A stretch of 64,000 nucleotides of DNA. Source: Lepidodermella squamata (taxonomy: Eukaryota; Animalia; Gastrotricha). Below are positions 46,817 to 59,800 of the stretch, in pieces (position 1 is the stretch's first letter; each line of letters opens with the position of its first letter). The stretch is taken from the NCBI GenBank assembly GCA_047495785.1, contig JBLDXI010000003.1, positions 3,100,001 through 3,164,000 on the forward strand. The letters are read 5' to 3'. The translations under genes and the position numbers were made by a program. The notes under the pieces are model-generated. The model did not search any database, was not told where the DNA came from, and saw nothing but the letters and a program-made list of their open reading frames with translations.

Positions 46817-47349
46817 TTTTTAAATATTGTCATCCACGCATGCCGAAGTTGTAGAGCTTTTATAAGCAACTTGTCGGTAGGCGTTTATTGATTCTTTGAT
46901 ATGGTTAATCATCACGTTCTTCTATTCGAAGGAATTTCCTGACAAAATGTGTAACCCGGGCTTCATTAGCTATTATCGCTTATGTCAATGCACTTGCCCG
47001 GTCGATTCCAGCTTCAAATATATCGAGTTGCGAGTTGTGATGCTCCTTAAAAGGAAAATTAACCACAAAAAAGATTGCAAGGGTCAAATTTCTTGGGCTT
47101 GCCTTGATTTGACAGCTTTGTGCACCCATTCTATCCACCTCGCAAATAGTTTCACACTATGCATGACATAATAGGCTTGCGTCGAATTTCGCGTGTATTT
47201 TAAACTTAAAGTTTAACAAATTTACGCGTGAGCAATGACGGCATTGAATTCGTACAGATTAACCCGGGAATACAGTGGGGCGGGGGTGTGATGTTGCTGA
47301 CTCGGATGGATGAGAAGGCTGAAGAAAATGTTGACAAAAATCAAATTGG

Positions 47350-47620
47350 AGTAGGCTATACATGTTTCTATCATTTTGAATCCAGGGTCGATCCCGCCGA
47401 ATTGTGAAAAATAATATTGTCAGAGAATCATTTGAACTAAAAGTACCTTCATTTCTATTGCCGCAAAGATGAAACAATGGCGCTGGTAAATTTTGGAAGG
47501 GTTACTTTGAACACTTCAGGTTTCCAGGTCGATAGCTTTGCAAGACTGATTGATAGAAAACAGGGTTTGTTGTATAAAATTCTCCGGCATTTCAGCTTAT
47601 TCCAATAATGGCGTAAGGCC
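47350..47620 (-). pseudogene. Possible decayed CUB-domain fragment
   Basis: YWNKLKCRRI / CKAIDLE / HLCGNRNEGTFSSNDSLTILF / GIDPGFKM appear in CUB order, but need three frameshifts and contain a stop. Confidence 0.3.
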
Positions 47621-47863
47621 CCAAGGGATTGGGTCAATATTTGATTTTGAAGAAATATTATCAGCAGTGCCACTAGTGGGTGTTGATTTAGAACCCAAAG
47701 GCCCCAAAGGATTTGACCAGCGTTGAAAAAGAACTTGGAATGGGCATTCCCATAGCTTTGCTCTCTCAATATCGAAAGGAAAATGAAGATCCGGTGAATA
47801 GTTTATTGCAGGGCAATTTTTCCGACATTTGACCTAAGGGTCAATAAAAACTGAACTCAAAAT

Positions 47864-50355
47864 GGGTGTGCCAACTGCACCTACTAAAAATAAGGTTCCA
47901 GCACTAAATTTAAGGTTCCAGCACTAAATTTGAAAGTCACTCGCACTAATCCTATTTACGACTAAATCAACAACTCCAGCACTAAAAATGCGTAGCCACC
48001 ACCTAATTTTGCTTTAATTAGAACTGAGAATACCATCAAGAGATCATCATTTATTAGTTTACAAAATTACGAAATCATTGCTTTCTTTTACAGCTGAGCT
48101 ATCCGACTCGCTACGGATGAATGGCTCATTAACAAATTAAAAATAAATAGCTCAGTCTTGGACCACCAGGGCGGGTTGAGCTTTTCGTTTGCGGCCTCGC
48201 TTAGCTTTAGGCCCAAGCGGCAGCTGCTCGGCAAGTTCGACCGGGAAAGAAACGTCGCCCAGGCGCATCTGTATACCAAGGACGTGGTAACAGTGGTCAG
48301 TTTTGAGAAAATTCCAGCAATTGCACACTTGCTGCTCACCGTCGATCAAAACCATCCTATTAATACAAATAACCTATTAATACGCCATAAAAACTTGAAA
48401 GAATTCTCACCCGAAACGCTTATTGAACTTGGAGAACGAGTCGAAATCAGGCCACGAGAATTTCGAGAATATTTCAACCACCTGAGGGCCAACATCTTTG
48501 TCTAGAGGCTTGTTTCTTGCCAAGAGAGCTTCCCAGACAGCTTGAGACAGCTCGTCCTTCGGTGGATTCGACTTCGGCGGTCGACCACGGGCTCGCTTCG
48601 CTGGCGGGGGTCCCTTCGGGACAGCGGCAGCAGCAGCAGTAGCAGCAACACCTTCTGCCAAAGCTGACTGCTTCGTCCACACGTACAGAGTTCCATTGCC
48701 GCTCGGCTGCGATCGAAGACCGGTGCCAACATCTCGAGCCCAGACACGCGCCTTTTCCCAAACTTCGTCCTTGATTGTTGGCGCTGTGAAGAACTTCTTG
48801 TAGTTGACGCACTTCTTGTTCCGCTCCCACGACCAGCGACCGAGCATCTTTTTCGCAACTTCAAGCAGCTGCATGACGGGCAGACGACTCCGAAAGGTGT
48901 AATCGGTCTTGATGCGGCCGTTCTTGCCTTCTTGGCCGTTGTTGTTGACCATTGAGCCGATAGCGTAGCCTTGGTACCACGTGTTGTTCTTGTCGTTGGT
49001 AGATACTCTTGCTTGAGATTTTTCGTGACATGAAACCAGCAGATGGCGTGCTTCACTTCGGCAAACACTGCTCGGATCGCCCTCTTAATCGCCTTAGCAG
49101 CGTCTGAGACGGCGAGCGCCGGAAGCCATTCGGACAAGTGGTCTTTGACCGCTCTCAGCACGAACTCGTAGTCGTCCTCAGCCTCGCCGGTGCACACCGC
49201 CACCATAATCGGGTGAAAATGTCGGTCCTAATGAGGAAATTGTAAAAAATTAAAAAAAATTGATAAGAATCGACAGCAATACGAACCTTGTCACTGAAGC
49301 CAACCAAGATGACCGGGTAACCGTTGACGTTGGTCTTGTACGTCGCGTCGATGTGAAGGTCGTGTGCGCCGACCTTCTTGGCGTATTTACTGAGCCGGCG
49401 CGTCGTTAGTGCGATTCGACACACGCTTTTCTTCTCGTCGATTTGATCATAGTTGAAGTAGGAGGACACTACGAAAGGGTCATCCCTTGACGTTGTAGAC
49501 TCCTTGGAGTGCTCCTCAGCAAAATGGCGTAGCGCGGCGATGCTGACCTTCGTCGGGCCGTGGTGTTTCTTCCGAAGGGTGGCCAAGTAACTCGAGAGTT
49601 GCGAATCCTTCGGCTCTGGAATTCCTTTTTCCCTGAACGCCATTAAAATCGAGAGAGGCTTTGTTTTAACGTCAAGGAAAAGCTTATCGATGATGCGCCG
49701 AGTTGCTGGGGGCAAACCGCGTTGTTTTTCTTTCTTCGGTTGCGAATGATCATGGTTGACGTCGTTTTCTTCCAGCGACACGTACAGCGAATCGGCATGA
49801 ATAACTTTTCGGAGCTTACTTTCGCAGCCAGGGTGTGAGCAGTCGAAGTAGTGCATCATGCCACGGTTGGTGAGGTACGAGCGGCCGTTATTCCACCACC
49901 AAGCTGTGCCGGTGTCCGCGACGTGATCGTCGGCAGCCTCCTCGTCCTCAAACTGTTGAACACACGTCCAGACCTGCTCCTTGCCGCGTCGACGACTGGC
50001 TGGTTGCGGCGGCAGCAGATTTTCGGCCGTATCGATGATTAAGAGGGGCACTTCCTCCATTTCAGAATAATAACTAAGAAATAATAATGACGAGATGATG
50101 ATGATGCAGTTGATGATATGATGACTGAGCCGCCTTAAATATTGCTCGGTGGCGCGCCTAAGCTATTATTTAGTGCCACACCGATTATTTAGTGCTGGAT
50201 TCATTATTTAGGTGGCGCGAAGATTTAGTGCCGCCTGTTTGCATTTTAGGTGGACGCACCATAGACATAATATCAGTACTGATATTATGTCTATGGGACG
50301 CACTCACAAATTTAGTGCTGGAACCTCATTTTAGGTGGTGCACTTATTTAGACCC
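47864..50355 (-). mobile_element. Mutator-like (MULE) DNA transposon, 2492 bp
   Basis: Perfect 9-bp TSD ACTCAAAAT (47855-47863 / 50356-50364); imperfect TIRs GGGT..TGCACC..CTAAAA..AGGTTCCAGCACTAAATTT; transposase inside. Confidence 0.92.
48152..50060 (-). pseudogene. MULE transposase (Zn finger, DDE core, AT-hook, SWIM), frameshifted
   Basis: HIDATYK, VSDAAKAI, CWFH, NNNGQE, RGRPP, CNC..HCYH motifs; introns near 49229-49286 and 48357-48410; frameshift near 49000. Confidence 0.85.
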
Positions 50356-50848
50356 ACTCAAAATATATGAAAGCGAACGTCTATTGTCCAATTCCATTAT
50401 GATTTCGATACCCAAAAATCAGATAAAAATCGTAAAATCATCATAATTCGCAGATGAATCTGAAATCTCTTTGTACACCTCTGTGTTGAATATCGCTAAT
50501 TTCTGAATAAGGACAGATTTATAAACCTTGGTTATGTCGAAAGCTACCCCACCCCGCGGCAAGGCCCTTTAATCATGGGCGAAATCAGTATAAATTCTGG
50601 TGTCTTTTTAAAAGGCTATTGTTTTGACTTTTTAAAAGTTTGGCGTCTGAAGCATCGATCAGGCGCGTGCTATTTTTCGGTTGTATCATGACAAATCGGG
50701 CTGCTCGGTACGAAACACGCGCCCCATCAAGTGTTTTTCCATGTTTTCTTTTCGTTTCATCTGACAGATTGGTGATTTTAGCTAAGGGTAATTTAGGCCG
50801 AATGATTATCGATCTCGGTCCCTAATACCAAATTCCGAATATACGAGG

Positions 50849-53800
50849 ATGCATTTACGCGTATTGTTCGTTATTTTGTGGTTAACGAACTCTGCTGGGG
50901 TTCAGGCGATCCCTGCGGCTGCTCAACTATGGCCAGACGTGGTGAATTTCATTGTCGATATCAATAAGCTTGGTAAGTCCTAATTATCTTACGGTCTTAA
51001 TTTTAGCGGAGCCATATTTTACACAATTTATTGGCCAAAAATTGCGCTTCCAACATTTTCAACAATTTTTAAAAATTCAAATTAATTTCCTCAAAATGTT
51101 GCGTGTGCCTGGCCATCTTTTCGAGAACTTGGCATTATTATGATTTCACACAATTATTCGATAACTGTGTCGCGTTTGGTGCCACGTTTTGAAATTTGGC
51201 TTCGCAATACAGGACATTTTTTTGTGTCGCTCAAATTAATTTTAATATTTTAACAAATTTAAGGTGCGTCTACCTATGATAATATCAGAGCGGCGATGGG
51301 CATGTGGCAGGGAAGCACCTGCATTACCTTCACAGACTTGGCTGTCCCGTATTCGAGCTTCGACATACTAACTCCTAACGTCATGATATTTGCGCCGGGT
51401 TCAGAGTAAGAACACTTTCTATTTTATTAAGAAATGAAATACTTTATTTTTTGCCTCTAGTTGTTTCACCAAAGTCGGCATGACCGGTCCGCCTTTTTAC
51501 ATCGTATTAGCTCCGTATTGCTCCAATCGGGTATGATCTGTTGCAAGGAGATATCCCATACAGTTTTAAACTATATTTTAAGATTCCCACTATTGCTGCT
51601 TTGATCGGACGAGCGCTTGGCTTGGTTAACTTTTTAGTCCAATGATTTTTTATTATATTGATATATTTTTTTATTTTCGCAGAACTATGAACACGTTAGA
51701 ACAGATCGTGACCAGTACATCACAGTTAACCCAAGTGCCGCAGTAGTGTAAAGTTTTTGTCAGCTGATTTTCTTTTTTATTTCCGGCTTTATATTTTCAG
51801 GTCATCTCAAGCTTTGTTTGACATTGACCCGACCGATAATAACTACGGCACGCCTTATGACTACGAATCGATTACTCATCCAGAATATAATTGGCAAAGC
51901 AACAATGGCAAGACTCCAACAATGAAAACTAATGACATCAGACTTTTCCATACCTTGGGACAACGGCAGTTTGTCTCCTTTTTAGACTTCAAGAAAATCA
52001 ATCTTCATTACAAGTGTATAGGTATAATTGTTAAGCTTTTTTGCCCTAATTTCGGACAAAAGCACTGTTTTGAAAGTTTACATACCAGGTTTTGCTCGAA
52101 AAATTTCGAAATTCAAACCAAAGATATATCCTATTTCTTCCAGAATTAATTGGAAATTCTTCATTTTTTACTTGATTTTTCGCAATTTTCCGGCTAACTT
52201 TGGCCTATTTAATCGATTTACAAGGGATTTTAATTTAAAACGGTCAATGTATTTTCAGAGAAGAAGTGTGCTGGCATTAGCAAGCAATGTTTAAACAACG
52301 GGCACCAGAACCCGAGGCTGTGCGACTCGTGTCTTTGCCCGTTTGGACTTACTGGAGATTCGTGTCAGACAGTAGCTACCGGAAATTTAACATGCGGTGG
52401 CTCGATTGAGATGGCGCCTTGTTCCACGATTACCTACACCTTGCCAACACTTACTTATAGCCCTGGCGCTTGTTATTGGAACATCACTACAGTAATAGAA
52501 TTTAGCCTTTAAAGAATCGATATTCAGCAAATGTTATGTTTCGCAGACTGGCAACGGCCTGGTACTGGCGTTTGACGGCCCGCCAGAAGTCTTAGGCTAC
52601 GACACTGGTAAAATAATTTATTTAATCACATTATTTTCAAGCTATATTTCTGTTGCAACAGATTTGTGCTGGAGCTATCTCGAGATGCGAACCGATGATT
52701 TTTCGGTGCCAACGAACAAGTTAGTTAACGCCTGTGTTTCCTATGTTAACCAATGATCGACCACCCTGTAACTCCCGCAGGGTGGCCGCAATCCCCGCGC
52801 GCTTGGAAATCGTATAATTTCGGTGAAAACGGATCAATAACTAGTGTCTAGTTTGTAATTAGCGATGAGCTAGGATCTGCTTATGGGTTTATTTTTGTCA
52901 CCAAACTGCACTAAAGCGTCCACTAAATTGATTTTGCACCGGTGACCTAATAGATTGCAGTTTGAAGTAGATCTCATCACGCTGAGGAACTTCTTCTTTG
53001 AGAGCGGCTTCCTAGCTAGCACCGTTCTCGAGATAACCGCTCAGGTGTGACATCAGGTAAAGTCACGTGACCAACTTGACCCTGGAATTTCTCCGTTTTC
53101 AATTTCCGATTTCCGATTTCTGGCCTTCAATTGATTAATATTGAACACCCTATGTTGAGTTTCATGATATTTAAGTATTCCTTGTTTTTTGGCATAATGA
53201 TTTTCCTTTTTTATTTTTATTGACATTTAATGACACGAATAGCAAATTATTGGAAACTCAATTTTGCTGGTTCTGATATTTTTAATAATTTTTTACTAAT
53301 TTATAGAATGTGCAAGACGACCGTGACTGCCGGGCGCATGTTCGAAACGGCTAACCAGTTTGCTATTCTGGGATTCCGACATCTCCCGGCAGCCACTGAT
53401 CCATTCATTAAGCGGATGGCCGGTTTCACATTCGTCCTATACTCACCCTGTGGCGGTCCACCGGCGACCGCGCTGACTCGGGAATGTCGACTAACCAAAT
53501 CGGGCTACGACTACGAAGGCAGCGCTGCTACAACCGCCTCTGGGAAAGCGTGCATTTCCTGGACGCTGATCCCTGGGTTGAAGATGATAAACTTTCCGAA
53601 AATGGACATTGCAGCATCGGCTAGGACTTGTAGAAACCCTATAAAACGCTTGGATATGTACTGCCATACTGCTGTACCTGCTACTAATATGCCGAGCTGG
53701 GAGGTATGCCAGCAGGTGCCTACATGCGGTAGGTTGGACAGTTTCATCGTTTGAAATTCATTTCATCTATGTCTCGCGGGGAAAAAATAGAACCATGGAC

Positions 53801-56800
53801 AAGATGCATCGACAAAACATCGCTGGCATTCAACGGATGTCGACAAGTCAACAGACCGGGATGTTACCAAACTGAAACAGAAGTGAGTTAGAAATTGAGA
53901 TGGCCGTTGTGATAGAGGAGGGAGCCCTTATTTCGGCCACTTCCTAATTCGGCCGCTGCGTCCCAACTTCGGCCACCGGCCGAAATTTGGACACGAAGTG
54001 CTGTGCAGCAGTTTTATTTGTACGCAATTCAAGAACTTTGCATTGTTAAGCCCATCTGTTTCATGATTTTTCAAGCACGTGATCGTAAAAAAAAATTCAA
54101 ATGCGAGCGAGCGGGCTTATGTCGCTTCTCGAGTGCTCTATTACCGTTACTTTGCAGGTATAATTTACCTGAAACTGGCTCTTTGAAATTTACTGCTTTC
54201 ACCTCAATATTTACCAGCTAAACGCCAGCTTCATTTTGGTATAAAATATTCTATCTAAAACCGCCCAGGCGAAGAGATCGAGAGGGCCAATTTTAGGGTT
54301 TTCGAGGGTTCGATTCCAAAAATTAGCAGTCAATAGGGGAATTGAATTCGGGAAAACAAAATCGATACTCTCATTCTACAGGAGGCAAGGGATTTTTTAG
54401 ATATTTTTCCAGAATTTTAGAAAGTCAACCGCAGTTAGGCTATTAGGTAGAAAACAAGTTATCAAACTTGTATCTGTCAAAACAAGTTTGAGTTTCAAGC
54501 ATCACGTCGTCAAGGAAAAGCTCACAGGTGAAGCAACAAAGGCGGTTATTATAGTCAGCGTTTTGAGGCAAATCTAACGATACCAAACTTATGGTATTAG
54601 TGTACCTGGATGAGGTGGCCGAAATTAGGGCACCCCGCTCCCTAATTCCGGCCGGGTGTCTGGGTGACTAAAAAATTAGCCATAAATCAAGGTAAAATCG
54701 TCCGGACTTGCGGAAAGCGGCATTCGATAGCTCAATAACGCCTGTTTAATTCTGCTTATGCCGAATATTTTCTGAAAATTTACCTGGCTGGCAAAGTAGG
54801 AAAAACCTGAAAAACGGCCGAAATTAGGGCGGGGTGCTCTAATTGGGATTTGGCGAAATTTGTAAACAACGAGAGATGTTGATGCCGCTTTCAAGAGCAA
54901 TTAAAAAGGCTAATAGCCATCGGGGTTGCTGAAATAATTCGAATTTTTTGAAAATTCTCGATGAAAAATCTGAATTTGTAGCCAGAGTTATTTATCCGCC
55001 TCACTTCGCTTACTTTTTTGTTCTCACACACTAATTACGAATTATTTTTATTTTTATTTTTTATTTTATTTTTGGGAAATTTTAGGATGAAAAATCTATT
55101 TTAAAAATGTGGATAAATTTATTGGGCGATACCCCGAACAAAAATTCCATTTAGTTTTCTGACCATTTTTTGAAATTACCCAAAATATCCCAGATATTAG
55201 CAATGAAAATACTAATAATAATATATATAAAATAATATATAAAATCTGGTTCAGTCCATGAGGAAAAACAGGAATCAATATTATATTAAGCACATTTTTT
55301 CGATTTTTTAAATTACCAAACTCAAGATGTCACTTGATAACGGTCAGCTGTAACATGATTAATGATCGGTTATTTCCTTATAGTTGGCAACTATCGACCC
55401 CACCGTCAGGGTACGCTATTACCCGAGATCAGCCGACTGTTTGGCAGGCGTTAGTTATACCATGAGTGAATTTTTTAAAATAATGAAATTCCTAATTATA
55501 TCCGTTCAGAATGCGCGTTGCTGCTTAGACAAAAACAGCAATACCTATCAAGTCCAGTCTGCCGAATACGATTGTGGAGATGAAGCCAGCAAAATTGATG
55601 TTTGTTTTTACCGCTTTTAATTTGTTTTCAAAAAATTGAAACTTGTTCATCAGCTCGGAATTTTCAATACGTTCAGCGATTTCGGGTCTAATTACAAAGC
55701 TGCGATAAGTGTCTGCAGGGAAAATGTTAGTTTGCTCCTTATTTTTCGATGAAATTCTAGACATTTTAATCATCAGGTCCCTGTGAAGCGCTGCATCGAT
55801 GCCGACATGTACAACCCGATTTGCATCCCTGATACTTCCCCGTGTCCTGCACAATACGTAAAAATTTTCAAATTTTTTTCAAAAATTCAAAAAAAAACAA
55901 TTACCAATTTTTAGAGCCTTGAAAGCACGTTTAGCACAATTGAGAATTGCACAATTGGAGTAAGTGATGACGACGCGCTAAAATATATTGCGACAATAAC
56001 TTCTAATATTTTTTTTAAGGAGGTGCGGTACTGTGCAATGAAATCGGGAGGATTCCGGTGCATTACAGCCTCATGCGATCCAGAACTGGAAACTGAAGTC
56101 TGCAGTTTTTTTTACAATAATTACCTATAATGGCGTTTAATTTTACGTTTTTAGATGGAGGTCTTCTTCAACTCTCCATATTTTGCAACCAATTACGAGC
56201 GTTGTCTGAATTACGTAAGGGTCTAAATTTTTCTATCACTGAAATGAAGGTTTTACAGCATTTAAGTAAAGCCGATCCTGGCATTGCATTTTCGGACGTT
56301 TGCTGAAATTGTAAATTCGATTTTTCTAAAAAAATTATTTGAAAAAACGAATGCCCTCTGATTTTAGGTTTACCCTCCGTATATGGGCCAATTTTTAATA
56401 TTGTCTTTGCAGGCTATTGATATCCGAAAAATCACAAAATTTAGTGCTGGAACCCCAATATTATGCAAATTTGAGAATCATCATTAGGCTATTTTATTGA
56501 CGGCTTGAAACTAGGTTGGCTATGTTCGTTGTGCCGCTGGCGGAGGTTCTACTTGTCGGCTGGCTGACTCAGGTCTTGGCTCTCTTGAAAATTTTTAATT
56601 TCCACCTTGAATTTTCGAAAATTTAGGGTGTCTTAGAGGTATCGAAAAACAGCTGCCGCCATTTAGGACTTTCCTGACGAGGGCAGACTGCGTGGACGCC
56701 TCGAAGCAATACTTTGCCATTTCATTCTCGAAGCCGATCGGTACTTGGGACGAAGCTGCCGTATTATGCGAAGCCGCCAATGGCCAGCTGGCTACTGTCA

Positions 56801-59800
56801 AGAATGGAGACGAGAAAAACTTGCTACGCGACGCTATGAATGCGAAAGGCCTGACGATGGGCTGGGTTGGACTGCAAGCTGGTGTTGACATGTTTTTCAG
56901 CAAATGGGTCGACTCGTCGCCATTCGAGCCGTACGTGGGCCAGTGGCTGCCTGGGTCTCCACTCAGCCAGCCCGGCTATCAGTGTGCCTTCTATGTGGCA
57001 CAGGGCGGTGATGTCTTCATGAATAACACTTATTGCTACGATACGAAAGTCCGTGATGCGTTTTGTGAGACTTACGGCGGCCCGCAACCGGTCGTGAGCA
57101 GTAATGGAGATCATATACGCTGCCTTAAATCAGTTGATGGCTCTGTTCGATGCGTTCCGAAAACACAAGGCTTGTTTTTTCATTGATTTTACAGTAACGT
57201 AGGGTAACCTTGGATGGAACCATATTTTTTCGTGAATTATAATTCAGTCAATTTTTATATTCAAAGCCGAGGTTCGGAAGGTTATTTCCGACCGGCCTGC
57301 TAATTTTGGCGATTTTTTTAATTTCACCTGATTTTCGGCTATTTGATATACTTACATGTCGTACCGTTATGAGCTATCCGCCCCAATTGGCAATTGGGTT
57401 ACCCTAAAGAGAAATTGCTCTAAAAATCCACTTTTTAAGCAAATTAATAATGCCCAAAATGATTATTGGGATATAGTGAAATCGTTACCAAATTATTGAA
57501 TTCAGTACCAAACGTCATTGAATTCTGTACCAAATTTTTCCAAACAGTTCCAAATCCCCAATTTGAAGACTCAGTCTTCAACCCTAACCTAACCCTAACC
57601 CTAACCAGTTAAAAAACGAATAAAATGGTTAGGTATTGAATTAAATGAAATTTGGTACCGGCGTAAGATTTTCCCATAATAATTTCCCAAAACGATACAT
57701 CGATGACCGATAATCGTGGTATTTTCAATTTATTCATAACTTCTTATTATCATTTTTCGGCATTAATGGCTGGAAATGTCAAATAATACTCAAATTTATA
57801 TTTTCTTAAAGGATGTCAACCCTAGCAGTCTCAATTCCGGTTCCCCAGTTCTAGTAAGTGGTTCACCTAGCTTGACATTTCGGATTCCTTTTTTCCACAG
57901 AAGTTGATCCTAGAGACTCTTTCAACCTCTATGAAATCCGATTTATGTGAACTAAGGGGGTTGGGTTTACTTTTTAGACTGATCAAATGCTTCAGATGAC
58001 GAAATTAATCAGTCGGAACTAAGATCATTATCTTTAACCCAGGTTCAGCAAAAGTTTCAGCTGCCAACTATGATCTATTTGTCGGTTTTTGGCGCTTGAA
58101 CTTCGGGAAAGCTTCATAATATCTCTATCAACCCACTGAGTTAGGAATTTAACCAGTGAGCAACCTTTTTAGCTACAGGAGAAAATATTCGGAGAGTTTC
58201 TAGATACTGTCAATTATTGTCCTTATAGCGATATCTGATATCTCCATCTTGGGCATATTGCCTCATGGGTTATCCCAATTGCCTTTTGGGAGGATCGCTT
58301 AAAACGGTACGACATACATATGTCATTTCATTAGGAAACAGCCTGGCCCATAAGGTTATTTAAAAGCAATTGATCAATTTTTCTGAAATTATACCTCCTC
58401 GAAGGTTCGACCAACCTTTATCTGCAATTTTACAGAAGAGATTTAATATTTGCCTGAAGAAAACCGAAACTATCCAAAAACTTTTAATGGTTCGGTTATT
58501 TTCGTATTTTACTCGGCTGGGCAGAATTTCTTCCACATATTTTGATCTTAATTGCAAGTTATATTTTTATAAGTTGGGACTTTGCCTCTCACGTTAGACT
58601 TTCCGATCCATCCTTGTGTGTTTCATAAGAAATTTGAAATTTTGCAAAATTTTATTCTTATCCCTATTTGGCTTTTCATAACAGCAAGAAAGGTTGACGT
58701 TTATCCGACAAATTATTTGAAGCATTCGATAATTTCTAGGCTGTGCTACTGGCGAAGTTCAGATGCCGAAAAAGTCTTTCCTGTCGAAATCCGACTGCGA
58801 TAATGCTGTGAAACGGTTCTACGCAGTGAGCGACGACGCTTTCTCGATCGACACCTTCGGCGTGGGTATGTAACATACTTACTTGTATCAACGTGAACGA
58901 GTAGTAATTATGACGAAATTCAAGCTCAAAACCGATGCTTGTCTGGGGGCGGCCAATTAGCGACTATTAAAAGTGCCGCAGAACTGGAACTGGTGCGTGT
59001 CATTATTAATGCCAATACGTTACTTGGTATCGGTTACGCATCGGGCTGGATCGGCTTAAATAATGGCAGCTGGATTGACGGAACAGAATTCACGCTATTC
59101 GACGGTTTTATCGGCCGTGATGTGAACCGTATGTTTGTTCTTGAAGGAATTCAAATGTTACTTCAGATTTTCTTGAAGATGACGGGAGTGTAATTAAGCC
59201 ATGTGCTGCAATGACGTTTTTTGAGCCTTACTATGCGTTCCCTGCTGACTTTTACATGACCGATATATCATGCACGCCGACGCCTGGTATTTATTATGGA
59301 GCAGTATGCGAGACATTCGATGCCCCTTTGAATGTGAGAAATATTTTATGATGGATTTTTTTTACAAAAAATGATTTCAGGTCACGGGTTTTGTTAGGTG
59401 CGTCAACTCTCCGGTTCCAGGCGGATCTCGATGCGTAACTGCTGGTTCGGGTAAAAAATGGGTTTACAAACTTTGAAGTTGCTACATATCACGGAACTGT
59501 GTTAGGATGTTCGGAACCGGGCGAGAATCAAATGCCGGTTGGGGTGACGTACGATAGTGTACACGACTGCGATGCAGCAGTGAAAACTTACTACGACGTT
59601 ACTCCACCAGTAGCTACTATTACCTCTCTCGAGGCCGCTTCGATGCTTTGTTACGCGACCAACGGCCAACCGGCAACTATTCATGATGCCACTGAATTGG
59701 GGACTCTTCGTAACTATATAGTAGCGAAAAATATGAGCCGATTAACTGGATGGGTTGGCCTTATAAGACCGAATGGCACTTACAATTGGATAGATGGATC

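Noticed and set aside
57580-57607. Telomere-like CCCTAA repeats
   Set aside because: Only about four imperfect units inside an intronic inverted-repeat element; not a chromosome end.
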